A program made the translations under genes and the position numbers. Positions 53,482-63,023 of a DNA stretch of 64,000 nt are shown one piece after another. The stretch covers positions 4,259 to 68,258 of the forward strand of contig CAZJQG010000004.1 of the NCBI GenBank assembly GCA_964548415.1, written 5' to 3'. How positions within the stretch are numbered: the first letter of the stretch is position 1; the number at the start of each line of letters is the position of its first letter. The notes under the pieces were generated by a model. The model was given only the letters and a program-made list of their open reading frames with translations, had not been told where the DNA came from and did no database searches. This DNA comes from an uncultured Dehalococcoidales bacterium. Its GTDB lineage: Bacteria > Chloroflexota > Dehalococcoidia > GIF9 > UBA5629.

Positions 53482-54315
53482 ATGATTAGACTCGTTACCG
53501 ACAGCGCGTCCGATATACCACCCGAGTTTGAAAAAGAGCTGGATGTAACCGTAGTGCCGCTTCAAATACAGTTTGGTAACGAAACTTATAAAGACAGGGT
53601 CGACCTGAGTGCCGAGGAGTTCTACGACAAGCTGCAACACAGTTCCATTCTGCCATCCACTGCAGCTCCCGGTCCGGGTATATTCGCCGAAGTGTTTGAC
53701 GAACTGGCATCAAAGACCAACGAAATTCTGGGTGTATTTGTTTCTCGAAAGTTAAGCGCCACGTATGATGCTGCGCTGCAGGGAATAAAGCTGATGAAAA
53801 GGAAATGCCGGGTGGAAATTGCCGATTCAATGTCTGGCATACTGGGAGAAGGAATACTGGTTATCGAAGCGGCTAACAGAGCGAAAACCAGTGTCAGCCT
53901 GGATGAACTGATTAGTTTTATATCGGAAACCATCCCCAAGATACACGTTAGAGTAACCCTTGACACCCTGGAATACTTGGCCAGAGGCGGCAGGATTGGT
54001 AAGGTGCAGGCTTTCCTCGGCTCTATGCTCAAAATGAATCCGATATTGGGTCTTAAAGACGGTGTGGCTTTTCCTGCTGCCAGAGAGAGGTCCCGGGCTA
54101 AGGCGACCGAATGGCTGATTGACTTTGTATCCCATTTCAGTAAAGTAAAGGCTATGGGTGTGGAGTACGGGACTAATCTTATCGAGGCAAAGGCATTCGC
54201 GGCGCGTCTAACTTCGATTTTTCCGCAGGCTACCATGTATATGTCGAATGTTAGTCCGGTTATCGGGACGCATACCGGGCCTAATTTGTTAGGTTTAACT
54301 GTTCTGGAAGGCTAG
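53482..54315 (+). CDS. DegV-family fatty-acid-binding protein
   Basis: IRLVTDSASDIPPE...VVPLQIQFGNETYKD...SSILPSTAAPGPG...LSATYDAA. Confidence 0.85.
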   Translation: MIRLVTDSASDIPPEFEKELDVTVVPLQIQFGNETYKDRVDLSAEEFYDKLQHSSILPSTAAPGPGIFAEVFDELASKTNEILGVFVSRKLSATYDAALQGIKLMKRKCRVEIADSMSGILGEGILVIEAANRAKTSVSLDELISFISETIPKIHVRVTLDTLEYLARGGRIGKVQAFLGSMLKMNPILGLKDGVAFPAARERSRAKATEWLIDFVSHFSKVKAMGVEYGTNLIEAKAFAARLTSIFPQATMYMSNVSPVIGTHTGPNLLGLTVLEG

Positions 54316-54486
54316 TACAAGCAGGGACTACAGGAAGTACCCTTCTAACGGACTTCCAGACCTATACTGTAAAGCACTACTTCTCTTACCCACGTGTTAT
54401 GCCACTCGTCGCCGCGATTTTCTGTATAAGCACCTAACGGGGCCGATATTTTTTATAGCAGGCTTCGGCGACAATATTAGAAATCG

Positions 54487-54515
54487 TTGTTTGGGTTATG
54501 ACCTCGTGATATACT
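54487..54515 (+). promoter_or_regulatory. Candidate promoter TTGTTT-17-TATACT for the NurA / HAS-barrel / HerA operon
   Basis: The hexamers lie at 54487-54492 and 54510-54515 with a 17-nt spacer, ~18 nt upstream of the ATG at 54533. Confidence 0.4.
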
Positions 54516-54532
54516 GGGGCGTCGGGATAATC

Positions 54533-55735
54533 ATGTCTCTGGATCTATCAAAAATAATCGGACAGATTGTGAACCTGGCTGCTAACTTGAAGCAGAAGGA
54601 GGCACAGAGGCGGTCAAAAATAAGGCATGCCGTGGATGCTCTGGCGTCGGCTGCTGCCGATATAAATGCCTTGAAACAAAAAGTAGAATCGAGCAAAACG
54701 ACCTGGCTGGTGGCGGGGCCAAAAGAGAGCATCGACCTCCGGCAGCCCGCAAAAGAATGTTCCACCGATTACATAGCTGTGGCAAGCGATGGTTCTCACA
54801 TAGACGTGGACCGTCATCAATCGGCCCATTGTTTTCTTATTAACATCGGCATAGCCGAGTTACAGTATGGATTCAATCCAGGCGCTGAACTGCTCAGCGT
54901 ACCGAAGCTATACTTTAGAGACGATGAAGTGGTTATTATGTCCGCGGACGGACGCATAGTCCCGATTGAGGGACAGCTCCTTGGTATAAAGCGCAGTATC
55001 GAGGAATGCCGTATGCTAGTCGATAGGTTGGAAAGGCCGGAATCGTCGCTGCCTATAATTATGTTGCTCGATGGTTCCCTTATATTATGGAGCTTGGCCG
55101 AGCAAATTTACCCTGATTTTGTAGTTAATGAGTTGTTGGTTAATGGATTTTTAAAACACCTGGACAAAATTAGACGGTTCGGTCCAAGACCCCTCTTGGC
55201 CCTGGCAAGTTATATTAGTTTTCCGCGCAGCACGGAGGTGATTAATCTGCTGAGGCTGGCCACCTGTCCGCATCAACAAGTGGACTGTGACCAGTACTGT
55301 TCGGGGAAATTTTCTACGAGGGAATGTGACAGAGTAGGCGGCATACTGGACCGTGAACTTTTTACTTACCTGTTAGCTCCGGGAGAAAGGTCGGCAGTGT
55401 TTACCAGCCGCTCTTCTGTTGTTACCAGGCACTATGAAGCCAACGAAATTAACTTTTTCTACGTCAGGCTGGATAGGGAAGTGGCCCGAATTGAAATTCC
55501 ATTATGGGTAGCTGAAAACGAAAAGCTGCTTGAGCTAACACATTCCGCCATTCTTGACCAGTGCCGAAGAGGATTGGGATACCCGGTTGCTCTGAGCGAA
55601 GCTCACGAGCAAGCAGTGGTAAATGTCGGAGACCGGCAGCAGTTCTGGAATCTGGTCGGGCAAGTACTGGGCGAAGATGGGATTTCAATGTCAAGCTCGG
55701 CCAAGAGTGAAAGCAAGAGAGCCAGATGGATATAG
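54533..55735 (+). CDS. nurA: NurA-domain nuclease
   Basis: The NurA blocks are IAVASDGSHIDVD, IIMLLDGSLILWS, SYISFPRSTEV and the C-terminal GLGYPVALSEAHEQAVV. The start was placed at the Met after the predicted promoter. Confidence 0.75.
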   Translation: MSLDLSKIIGQIVNLAANLKQKEAQRRSKIRHAVDALASAAADINALKQKVESSKTTWLVAGPKESIDLRQPAKECSTDYIAVASDGSHIDVDRHQSAHCFLINIGIAELQYGFNPGAELLSVPKLYFRDDEVVIMSADGRIVPIEGQLLGIKRSIEECRMLVDRLERPESSLPIIMLLDGSLILWSLAEQIYPDFVVNELLVNGFLKHLDKIRRFGPRPLLALASYISFPRSTEVINLLRLATCPHQQVDCDQYCSGKFSTRECDRVGGILDRELFTYLLAPGERSAVFTSRSSVVTRHYEANEINFFYVRLDREVARIEIPLWVAENEKLLELTHSAILDQCRRGLGYPVALSEAHEQAVVNVGDRQQFWNLVGQVLGEDGISMSSSAKSESKRARWI

Positions 55736-56358
55736 AACAAGCTAAAAGCCAAAAACCAAAAACCAAAAACCATTCGGAAAGGCGAATAGGAGAGGTTATT
55801 AAGGCAAGTAGTGCAGAGTTCGCCGCTCAATGTTATAAGCTTGATGAGGCACCGCCTCTAGGATGTCTGGTTAAAACTGAGGGTAAGCCGGGTGAAATTT
55901 ACGGCGTTGTCTACGACGTGGAAACTCAAAGCCTGGAACCGGGTCGTCGTGTAGTGGCCAGGGGGGAGAAATTGGATTCAAAGGACGAGGTTTTTGCGGC
56001 CAATCCGCAACTGTCGCGGCTTCTATCAACCGATTTTAAGGTGATGGTGGTCGGGGAGGTTGAAGGGAAAAGTCGACACTACTATCTGCCGCCAACACCC
56101 GCCGCGATTCACAGTTTTGTCTATGTCTGTCAACCCGAAGAGGTCAGGGGTTTTACCGAGTCCTTGGATTTCCTCAGCCTGCTGATAAACGCTAAAATTT
56201 TGGTTCCGGTGGATGAAGTCATTGCCTCCTGCCTGCGGAATGCCAGCCTAACCCATCCCGACTCGAATGCATTTTTAGTTAAGGCCGGCAAAGAACTGGC
56301 ACGCATGTTGAGTAACGATATTAATAGATTAAATTCTGTGTTGAAAAGGCTAAGGTAA
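55726..56358 (+). CDS. Stand-alone HAS-barrel-like protein (HerA N-terminal-domain paralogue without ATPase) with a helical C-terminal extension
   Basis: RIGEVIKASSAEFAAQCYKLDEAPPLGCLVKTEG..GEIYGVVYDVE...FKVMVVGEVEG...YLPPTPAAIHSFVYVCQPEEV parallels the HerA N-terminus of the next gene (LGAVVSGSLTQGVEVRL...VGRYVAIEG..HRFFGMITDVS...LPMLTIGG...PAKTVPAHFSTVKLASQRDV). It overlaps both neighbours. Confidence 0.55.
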   Translation: MDIEQAKSQKPKTKNHSERRIGEVIKASSAEFAAQCYKLDEAPPLGCLVKTEGKPGEIYGVVYDVETQSLEPGRRVVARGEKLDSKDEVFAANPQLSRLLSTDFKVMVVGEVEGKSRHYYLPPTPAAIHSFVYVCQPEEVRGFTESLDFLSLLINAKILVPVDEVIASCLRNASLTHPDSNAFLVKAGKELARMLSNDINRLNSVLKRLR

Positions 56359-57983
56359 TGGCAACTGAAGAAGAACAGAAACGTTTAGGGGCTGTGGTTT
56401 CCGGCTCGCTTACTCAGGGCGTCGAAGTCAGGCTAGACGCCTCTATTTCGGTTGAAGACATGGCTGTGGGCAGGTACGTGGCGATTGAGGGCACCAAGCA
56501 CCGTTTCTTTGGAATGATTACCGATGTCAGCCTGGAAACCGTAGACCCTAATGTGGCAGTAACGCCTCCTGATGTATCTGACCCCTTTATTGCCCAGGTG
56601 ATAAACGGTACCACTACATATGGAAAACTCGAGGTGTTGCCCATGCTGACCATTGGCGGCGATGCTGCCAGTATTCTAGAAGGCCCTCAACCGGCGAAGA
56701 CAGTGCCAGCCCATTTCTCTACTGTGAAGCTGGCTTCTCAACGTGATGTTGAGGTAGTTTTCGGCGCCGAGGATGAAAAGCGATTTTACGTTGGAACACC
56801 GCTTGATATGGAGACCAAGGTGTGTCTGGATGTGGCTGAATTTGTTAAGCGCTCGAATGGTGTTTTCGGCAAAAGCGGTACGGGCAAAACATTTCTCACG
56901 CGCTTACTTCTCGTCGGCATGCTACAAAAGAATGCAGCGGTTAGTCTCGTATTCGACATGCACAGCGAGTACGGATGGGAAGGTAAAACCGAAAAAGGCT
57001 ATAAAGTTAAGGGTTTGAAGCAGCTATTTCCATCTAAAGTTGCCATTTTTACTCTGGATGAGGAAAGTTCCAAACGCAGAAGAGTAAACACCGATGTTGT
57101 GGTTAGAATCGGCTACAATGAAATCGAACCCGAAGATGTCGAGCTTCTACGTCAAACCCTCAACCTTACCGAGGCGTCCACTCAAACGATATATCAGCTA
57201 GCGAGAGAGTTCGGGGACAGTAAATGGCTGGAGACCGTGCTGAACCTGAATGAGGAGGACGGTAAACAATTAATATCGAGGCTGAATATTCATGACAGCA
57301 CCTACCGCAACTTGCGGCGCGGTCTCGAAAACCTGCGGCGTTTTTCATTTTTGGTGCCCCATACCCGCGAAAATTCGGTGCAGCGCATACTAGATTACCT
57401 GGATAGGGGCATAAATGTAATACTTGAGTTCGGCAGGTTCGATGATTTCGCTGCTTACATCCTGGTAGCCAATCTACTGAGCCGGCGAATATACGCCAGA
57501 TATCGGGAGAATGCGGAAAGGGAGATGGGAGGCGAGGTAGCCCCGTCCCGTCCCTTGGTCATAACCATTGAAGAGGCGCACCGTTTTCTGAATCCAGAGC
57601 TTTCGTCTCACACCATATTCGGTAGAATAGCCCGCGAAATGAGGAAATACAACGTAACCCTACTGGTAATCGACCAGCGGCCCAGTGGAATAGACGCCGA
57701 AGTCATGTCTCAGCTGGGGACTAAGATAACCTGTCTTCTTGATGATGAACGGGACCTGGACAGCGTGCTTACAGGAACTTCAGGTAAAAGCGAATTAAAA
57801 TCAGTTCTGTCAAAATTAGAGACGAAACAGCAAGCCCTTATATTCGGCCACGCCGTGCCTATGCCGGTGGTGATTAAAACCCGGGAGTACGGCACCGCCG
57901 AGTCTTATAGGGAGCTCGGTTTTCTGGACGCGGCTGAACTTAAGAAAAAGACGCAAAAAGACATAGAAGATTTGTGGGCTTGA
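56358..57983 (+). CDS. herA: HerA-like (DUF87, FtsK-HerA superfamily) hexameric ATPase/helicase
   Basis: An N-terminal HAS barrel is followed by Walker A FGKSGTGKTFL, the DMHSEYG block, ITIEEAHRFLNP and LLVIDQRPSGID...ITCLLDDERD. Confidence 0.8.
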   Translation: MATEEEQKRLGAVVSGSLTQGVEVRLDASISVEDMAVGRYVAIEGTKHRFFGMITDVSLETVDPNVAVTPPDVSDPFIAQVINGTTTYGKLEVLPMLTIGGDAASILEGPQPAKTVPAHFSTVKLASQRDVEVVFGAEDEKRFYVGTPLDMETKVCLDVAEFVKRSNGVFGKSGTGKTFLTRLLLVGMLQKNAAVSLVFDMHSEYGWEGKTEKGYKVKGLKQLFPSKVAIFTLDEESSKRRRVNTDVVVRIGYNEIEPEDVELLRQTLNLTEASTQTIYQLAREFGDSKWLETVLNLNEEDGKQLISRLNIHDSTYRNLRRGLENLRRFSFLVPHTRENSVQRILDYLDRGINVILEFGRFDDFAAYILVANLLSRRIYARYRENAEREMGGEVAPSRPLVITIEEAHRFLNPELSSHTIFGRIAREMRKYNVTLLVIDQRPSGIDAEVMSQLGTKITCLLDDERDLDSVLTGTSGKSELKSVLSKLETKQQALIFGHAVPMPVVIKTREYGTAESYRELGFLDAAELKKKTQKDIEDLWA

Positions 57984-57992
57984 GGACGCGTT

Positions 57993-58427
57993 TTACTTTT
58001 TAGGAAACGGCCCTCTGCCGATCTTCATTTCGCCCTTGAAGTACAGGGAATAGGCCTCGTTTATCTTCTGGTTCCAGACTTTTTCGCCCTGCTGTTTTCT
58101 GAGACACAAACTATAGATTTTGATGTTATGTGGGAGGCGTTCCGCTCTGTCTGCACATGGTAAAAGTTTGGAGCAGGGAAACTCGGCGCAATCACAACAA
58201 AACTCCACGCCTTTATCCTGAGCACAGATGTATGTGGCACATTGCTCTCCGATAACCGGGCAATAGCCGATAACGGCCCTGCAGCCCTTACAGGTAGCCT
58301 TTTCAGGAGGAACATTCATTCGCTGCGACAGAGTGTCTCTCAATTTCTCGTCAGTCAACGCTTTGTTCAGCAGACAGAGGCCGCAGTGAATTCCACACGG
58401 CGCCGCAAGTCCGGCCTGGTCAGTCAT
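57993..58427 (-). CDS. Cys-rich DUF3795-like protein
   Basis: CGIHCGLCLL...CKGCR...CATYICAQDKGVEFCCDCAEFPC is the pattern typical of DUF3795. Confidence 0.65.
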   Translation of the reverse strand: MTDQAGLAAPCGIHCGLCLLNKALTDEKLRDTLSQRMNVPPEKATCKGCRAVIGYCPVIGEQCATYICAQDKGVEFCCDCAEFPCSKLLPCADRAERLPHNIKIYSLCLRKQQGEKVWNQKINEAYSLYFKGEMKIGRGPFPKK

Positions 58428-60021
58428 TTACAGTTACCTCCTTTAATATGGGGACTCCCTGTATATCGAGTTTAAAGTTATTGACATAAGGTTTAACAAG
58501 CAGATAGGTCTTTCCGAAAAACAATGGCAAACAAGCCGCGTCATCGACAAGCTTCTGCTCGGCCTCCTGGTACATAAGCAATCTGGTGGCCTCGTCCTTT
58601 TCGATTCCGGCCTTGTCGAGCAGGGCATCGACGTCCGGATTACTGTACTTGCCCGTGTTGTATTCGGCGCCGGTATGAAACAGCGTATCCAGAAAGTTCT
58701 GGGGGTCGGCATAGTCTGCAATCCAGCCGCTGACGTACATCTGATCAACTTCCTGGTTTAGAACATAGTTAAATATCTCGGGTTCCAGCTGCCTTACACT
58801 TACTTCTACACCCAGGTTATTCTTCCAGTCCTGAATAGCGGCACCAAGATATTCGTCTATATTACCGCCGAGGCCGGAGTCGGTGATGGTAATGGGCGGC
58901 AAGTTGGCGACGCTGCCATATTTGGAACTGGCTATTAAGCTTTTGGCTTTCTCTACGTCGAAGTCGAGCCCCACCAGTTTGTCATTGTATCCCGGCAAGC
59001 TGGGGGGCAATATGCCGTCTGCTTTGTCCATAGAGTCCTTTAGAATGACTTTAATTATGCGCTCCTTGTCGATCGCGTAGCAGAAAGCCCGACGAACGTT
59101 GGCATCATCGAACGGAGGCTTCTGACTGTTGAAACCGATGTAGAAAAAACTCAGGTCGGGAAAAGTGTGAAATTCGTTGAGGAACGGACCTCGCGGGTCT
59201 GTTGCCCTGTCTAGATTATATTCATCGACTTGAGCTACATCTATATCTCCCAGTTCATATAATGCCATGGGGAGGCCGGCTAGCAGATGGAAAATAACTT
59301 TAACCTTGGCCGGTTGTCCGTAATAAAGTACATTCGGCTCCAATGTCAGTATCTGGTTCTGTGTCCACTCAGTTAGCTTGAAGGGTCCCGTCCCGTTGGG
59401 TTTCAGCCACCAATTGACACCCGACTCTACGTTGGCTTTATCGACAACAAAAGTGGCATGGTAGGTTAACTTAGACAGAAAAAACACCTTGGGTGCATCG
59501 ATGGTTACCTTTAATGTGTGGTCATCTATTATCTGTACGCCGCTGATTTCAGTGGTTTTTCCATCCAGTACATTGGCTACACCGACGATATCACCCAGAT
59601 AAGTGGCTGCGGTCTGCGAATCGGTCTTAGGCAGGCAAGCCCTCTCCCAGGAATACTTAAAATCGCTGGCAGTAACTTCTCTCCCATCCTGGAATTTCAC
59701 CCCGTCCCGTAGAAAAAAAGTATAGGTCTTGCCATCGTCGCTTACCTGCCACCTCTCCGCGATATCCGGCTCAGGCTGTGCATCGGCCCCTGTGCGGACC
59801 AGACCGCTGAAGATTTGCCTTACATAGACCGTCGAGATCGATTCACTGGCTATTGCCGGGTCAAGCGTAATCGGGCCGCTGTCCCACAAATTGAGAGCTC
59901 CGGGTTCCCGAATTGTGGTGGATGTAGTGGTGGTCGTGGGCTGGCATTTAACAATGAACGGCAATGCAACTAAAGCACATACGATTGCACCAATTAAGGT
60001 AAAGTGCCAAATTTTCCTCAT
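58420..60021 (-). CDS. ABC transporter substrate-binding protein, family 5 (peptide/nickel type), orphan
   Basis: An N-terminal anchor is followed by LDPAIASE...GLVRTG...PDIAERWQVSDDGKTYTFFLRDGVKFQDGREVTASDFKYSWER. No permease or ATPase genes are adjacent. Confidence 0.85.
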   Translation of the reverse strand: MRKIWHFTLIGAIVCALVALPFIVKCQPTTTTTSTTIREPGALNLWDSGPITLDPAIASESISTVYVRQIFSGLVRTGADAQPEPDIAERWQVSDDGKTYTFFLRDGVKFQDGREVTASDFKYSWERACLPKTDSQTAATYLGDIVGVANVLDGKTTEISGVQIIDDHTLKVTIDAPKVFFLSKLTYHATFVVDKANVESGVNWWLKPNGTGPFKLTEWTQNQILTLEPNVLYYGQPAKVKVIFHLLAGLPMALYELGDIDVAQVDEYNLDRATDPRGPFLNEFHTFPDLSFFYIGFNSQKPPFDDANVRRAFCYAIDKERIIKVILKDSMDKADGILPPSLPGYNDKLVGLDFDVEKAKSLIASSKYGSVANLPPITITDSGLGGNIDEYLGAAIQDWKNNLGVEVSVRQLEPEIFNYVLNQEVDQMYVSGWIADYADPQNFLDTLFHTGAEYNTGKYSNPDVDALLDKAGIEKDEATRLLMYQEAEQKLVDDAACLPLFFGKTYLLVKPYVNNFKLDIQGVPILKEVTVND

Positions 60022-60032
60022 TTATATTTGCC

Positions 60033-60755
60033 TCAAACCAGATTTTTAGCCTTCATGCTCAGGTGTTCGTTGTCGCAGACAACTATGTGGTCGAGCACGT
60101 CTATACCGATAATTTCACCCGCCTCAATCAACCGCTTAGTCATCTTGATATCGTCTTCCGACGGCGTGGGGTCGCCCGAGGGGTGGTTGTGTATGAAAAT
60201 CACAGAGGCAGCACTGGAAGAAATTGCTTCTTTAAACACCTCGCGCGGATGAACAATGCTGCAATCCAGGCTGCCGATGGAAACCACATTGGTCTTTATT
60301 AAATGATTTCGTGTATCCAGACATAAAACAAGAAAATGTTCTTTCTTCTTGCCTTTTAGCAAGGTCCTTGCCGTTTTAATAACGTCCTCCGGAGATTTGA
60401 CTGTTAGTTTTGGAGCTTCTGCCGAGGAATTTTCCAGCCTTTTGCTCAGCTCGAAGGTGGCTTTAATTTGGGCGGCCTTAGCCGGTCCTATGCCGTTTAT
60501 TTGTGTCAGCTCCTCTATTGTAGCGGAGGCTAAATTTTTTAAATTGCCGAACTTGGTCAATAGTTTCTGTGCAGTAACTATTACCGATTCGCCTTTGATA
60601 CCCCGGCCAAGAATCACCGCTAGAATTTCCTGGCTGGAAAGAGCCTCGCTGCCAAGCTTTGATAGTCTTTCTCTGGGGCGCTCAGAAAGCGGCAGGTCGT
60701 GGACGGTGAAAGAGTTCTTCAATAAACCTCCTGTAATACGCATATCTGAGCCCAC
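60033..60755 (-). CDS. radC: RadC-like JAB-domain protein (UPF0758)
   Basis: ERPRERL...ELLAVILGRG are followed by HhH (INGIGPAKAAQI) and the JAB motif HNHPSGDPTPSEDD. The start is either 60755 or 60743. Confidence 0.85.
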   Translation of the reverse strand: MGSDMRITGGLLKNSFTVHDLPLSERPRERLSKLGSEALSSQEILAVILGRGIKGESVIVTAQKLLTKFGNLKNLASATIEELTQINGIGPAKAAQIKATFELSKRLENSSAEAPKLTVKSPEDVIKTARTLLKGKKKEHFLVLCLDTRNHLIKTNVVSIGSLDCSIVHPREVFKEAISSSAASVIFIHNHPSGDPTPSEDDIKMTKRLIEAGEIIGIDVLDHIVVCDNEHLSMKAKNLV

Positions 60756-61867
60756 ATAGAATTTTCTTTAGACTGGCTTGGTGTCTGACCGGTCACGTAT
60801 TGCTGCCATAGTGCATCGAGTCCATCCTGGTCGAAACCATAGACATGAAGGAGTGCGTCATCATACGTATTCCCAACTTTGAATAAATTCAGAAGCTCTA
60901 GCACTTTGTCTCCACCGTAGTTTTGAATAAGGAAAGTAACGATGCTTTGGCTTTCAGCATATGACAGATAAGCCTCTGCCGGTATGGCCGAAAACGGGCT
61001 GGCTAAGCTGCGCACAGATATAAGGTTGTGTTGGGCTATTCCCTTTACCAGCACCGATTCCAGATAAGAATCAGGTTCACCCTGGGCATACATGGCTAAG
61101 CCTTCATCCAACCAGAAAGGTAGGACGGCACCATAGGGGCTGAAAGTTATTTGATGAGTTACCATATGGCCGAGCTCATGTGCCAGCGCACTTTTACCCC
61201 AGTCCAGATCACTTGTGGGAATACCGATTGCGATTATGCCGTATGCATAGTAAGAGAAGCCGCCCGACCATTCTTGCGGGAAGATCATGGCGCTGTGCAG
61301 GTCATTGGAGCTGGCATATATGTATATGCTCACCGGTTTCTCGAGATGGACACCCGTATCTTGTGCCAGTTTCTGCAACGTGTCCCCACCCGCCGCTAAC
61401 AATTGATCAGCAAAAGATTGGCTACCTTGGTACCAGTAGATATTTAGTTGACCTGAAGTTGCGCTCTTCCACTGGTGGCGAAGATCGTCGAAACTAATTT
61501 TTTGCTTTTGGGTGGTGAGAATGTTGCCGGTGACATCCTCAATTGTCCACCAGTAGGTGACCGCGGCGCCAACCGGCAAGGAAGCTTTTCTCATATCCCA
61601 GACCCATTGTGTTTTCACTTTGGTGGAAGGCGTAAACTCAGGCCAGCCTTCATCCGTTACCTTAGCGTAGTTCATACTGTCAACTTGATAGTGCAGGCGC
61701 AATTTGACAATGTTATTTGGGCTCTCAGCAGTAATGCTGAACGTTAGAGCCGATGGGAAATATATCTGAGCTGAGCTGTCAACCAACGAAATTCCACTCT
61801 CGGCATGAGTAATGGAGGGAACAATAACCATTAGAGCCAGCATAACGGAGAGTAACCACTTACTCAT
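60719..61867 (-). CDS. Secreted MA-clan zinc metallopeptidase-like protein
   Basis: The signal peptide is MSKWLLSVMLALMVIVPSITHA. HELGHMV is followed by a downstream glutamate (WLDEGLAMY). Confidence 0.7.
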   Translation of the reverse strand: MSKWLLSVMLALMVIVPSITHAESGISLVDSSAQIYFPSALTFSITAESPNNIVKLRLHYQVDSMNYAKVTDEGWPEFTPSTKVKTQWVWDMRKASLPVGAAVTYWWTIEDVTGNILTTQKQKISFDDLRHQWKSATSGQLNIYWYQGSQSFADQLLAAGGDTLQKLAQDTGVHLEKPVSIYIYASSNDLHSAMIFPQEWSGGFSYYAYGIIAIGIPTSDLDWGKSALAHELGHMVTHQITFSPYGAVLPFWLDEGLAMYAQGEPDSYLESVLVKGIAQHNLISVRSLASPFSAIPAEAYLSYAESQSIVTFLIQNYGGDKVLELLNLFKVGNTYDDALLHVYGFDQDGLDALWQQYVTGQTPSQSKENSMWAQICVLQEVY

Positions 61868-62968
61868 TTTCCTACCCCCAGTCTGTAGCGCAGATATGCG
61901 GCGATAAAATCGTCGATTTCCCCATTGAGCACGGCGCCAGCGTTACTCGTCTCATATTTGGTTCGATGGTCTTTCACCATTTGATAGGGATGCAATACGT
62001 AACTTCTTATTTGGTTACCCCAGCCGGCTTCAATCCGCTCGCCTTTCAATTTGGACTTTTCCATCTCCTGTTCTTCAACCTTCTGTTCCAGAAGTCTTGC
62101 ATAAAGCACTTTCAGGGCACTTTCCTTATTTTGCCGCTGTGAACGTTGACTCTGACAGCTGACCACCATGCCAGTTGGCAGATGTGTAATTCTAACAGCA
62201 CTGCTGGTTTTTTGCATATGCTGCCCACCGGGCCCACTCGATCTGAACGTGTCTATTTTCAGGTCTTCCGGTTTTACTTTGATATCAATCTCCCCCTCGG
62301 CTTCAGGAAGTATCTCGACGAGAACGAAAGAAGTGTGGCGGGCATGGTCGGCGTCGAAGGGAGACAGACGGACAAGACGATGGACCCCATGTTCCGATTT
62401 TAAGTAGCCGTAGGCGTAGTCCCCCTTTATTTCTAACGTGGCACTCTTCAGACCGGCTTCTTCGCCGGGTGAGGTGTCCAATATTTCCGTTTTATGGTTA
62501 TGCCGCTCAGCCCAGCGCAAATACATCCGGAACAGCATCTCAGCCCAATCCTGCGATTCGGTACCTCCAGCGCCGGCATGTATGGTCATGATGGCGTCTC
62601 GAGTGTCGTATTCTTCACTCAGCAGCAGTCTGGTCTCAAGCTCATCGAGTTCAGATGTCATCTCCTCAGCGCGTGTCTGTATGTCTTCCTTGAAAGACTC
62701 ATCATTTTCGTTTATAGCCAGCGAAACTATATCAAGCAGGTCAGCAACTTCCTTTTCCAGCTTACGCCAGGTTTCCACTGTGCTTTTAGCGGCTCCAAGC
62801 TGGCGCATTAAAGCCTGCGCTCTGGCAGGCTCCTGCCAAAAATCAGGTTTGATAGTTTTAGCCTCGAGATTGGCAATTTGTTTTTCCCTACTGGGAATGT
62901 CAAAGACGCACCAGAATGTCCGAGATGCGCCGGTTCAGAGCTTCGAGAATATCTTTTTGTTCCTGCAT
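61864..62968 (-). CDS. prfB: Peptide chain release factor 2, requires programmed +1 frameshift at CTT TGA C (62905-62899)
   Basis: ORF0 is ATG(62968) MQEQKDILEALNRRISDILVRL followed by TGA. The +1 frame continues DIPSREKQIANLEAKTIKPDFWQEPARAQALMRQL... into the 314-aa ORF, which carries SPF and GGQ motifs (RSSGPGGQHMQKT). Confidence 0.9.
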
Positions 62969-63023
62969 GGATAGTCACTCCTTTTTCTTACTTTAGGGAT
63001 CCTTTCGGGGAATGGAGCCAATC

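Noticed and set aside
53293-53640. The N-terminal extension of the HDAC ORF 52261..53640.
   Set aside because: The HDAC homology starts at MRVGLISDPVYLEHDTG (53292). The extension runs across the divergent DegV promoter and start region.
62438-62974. The 178-aa plus-strand ORF, and other long antisense ORFs such as 53622..54236(-), 31364..31972(-), 19849..20229(+), 20266..20718(+), 9875..10360(-) and 44811..45209(+).
   Set aside because: They are shadow ORFs opposite well-supported genes (prfB, DegV, rph, the Pro-rich protein, FHA-535, the adhesin). They have low-complexity or Ser/Arg/Gly-rich translations and no independent motifs.
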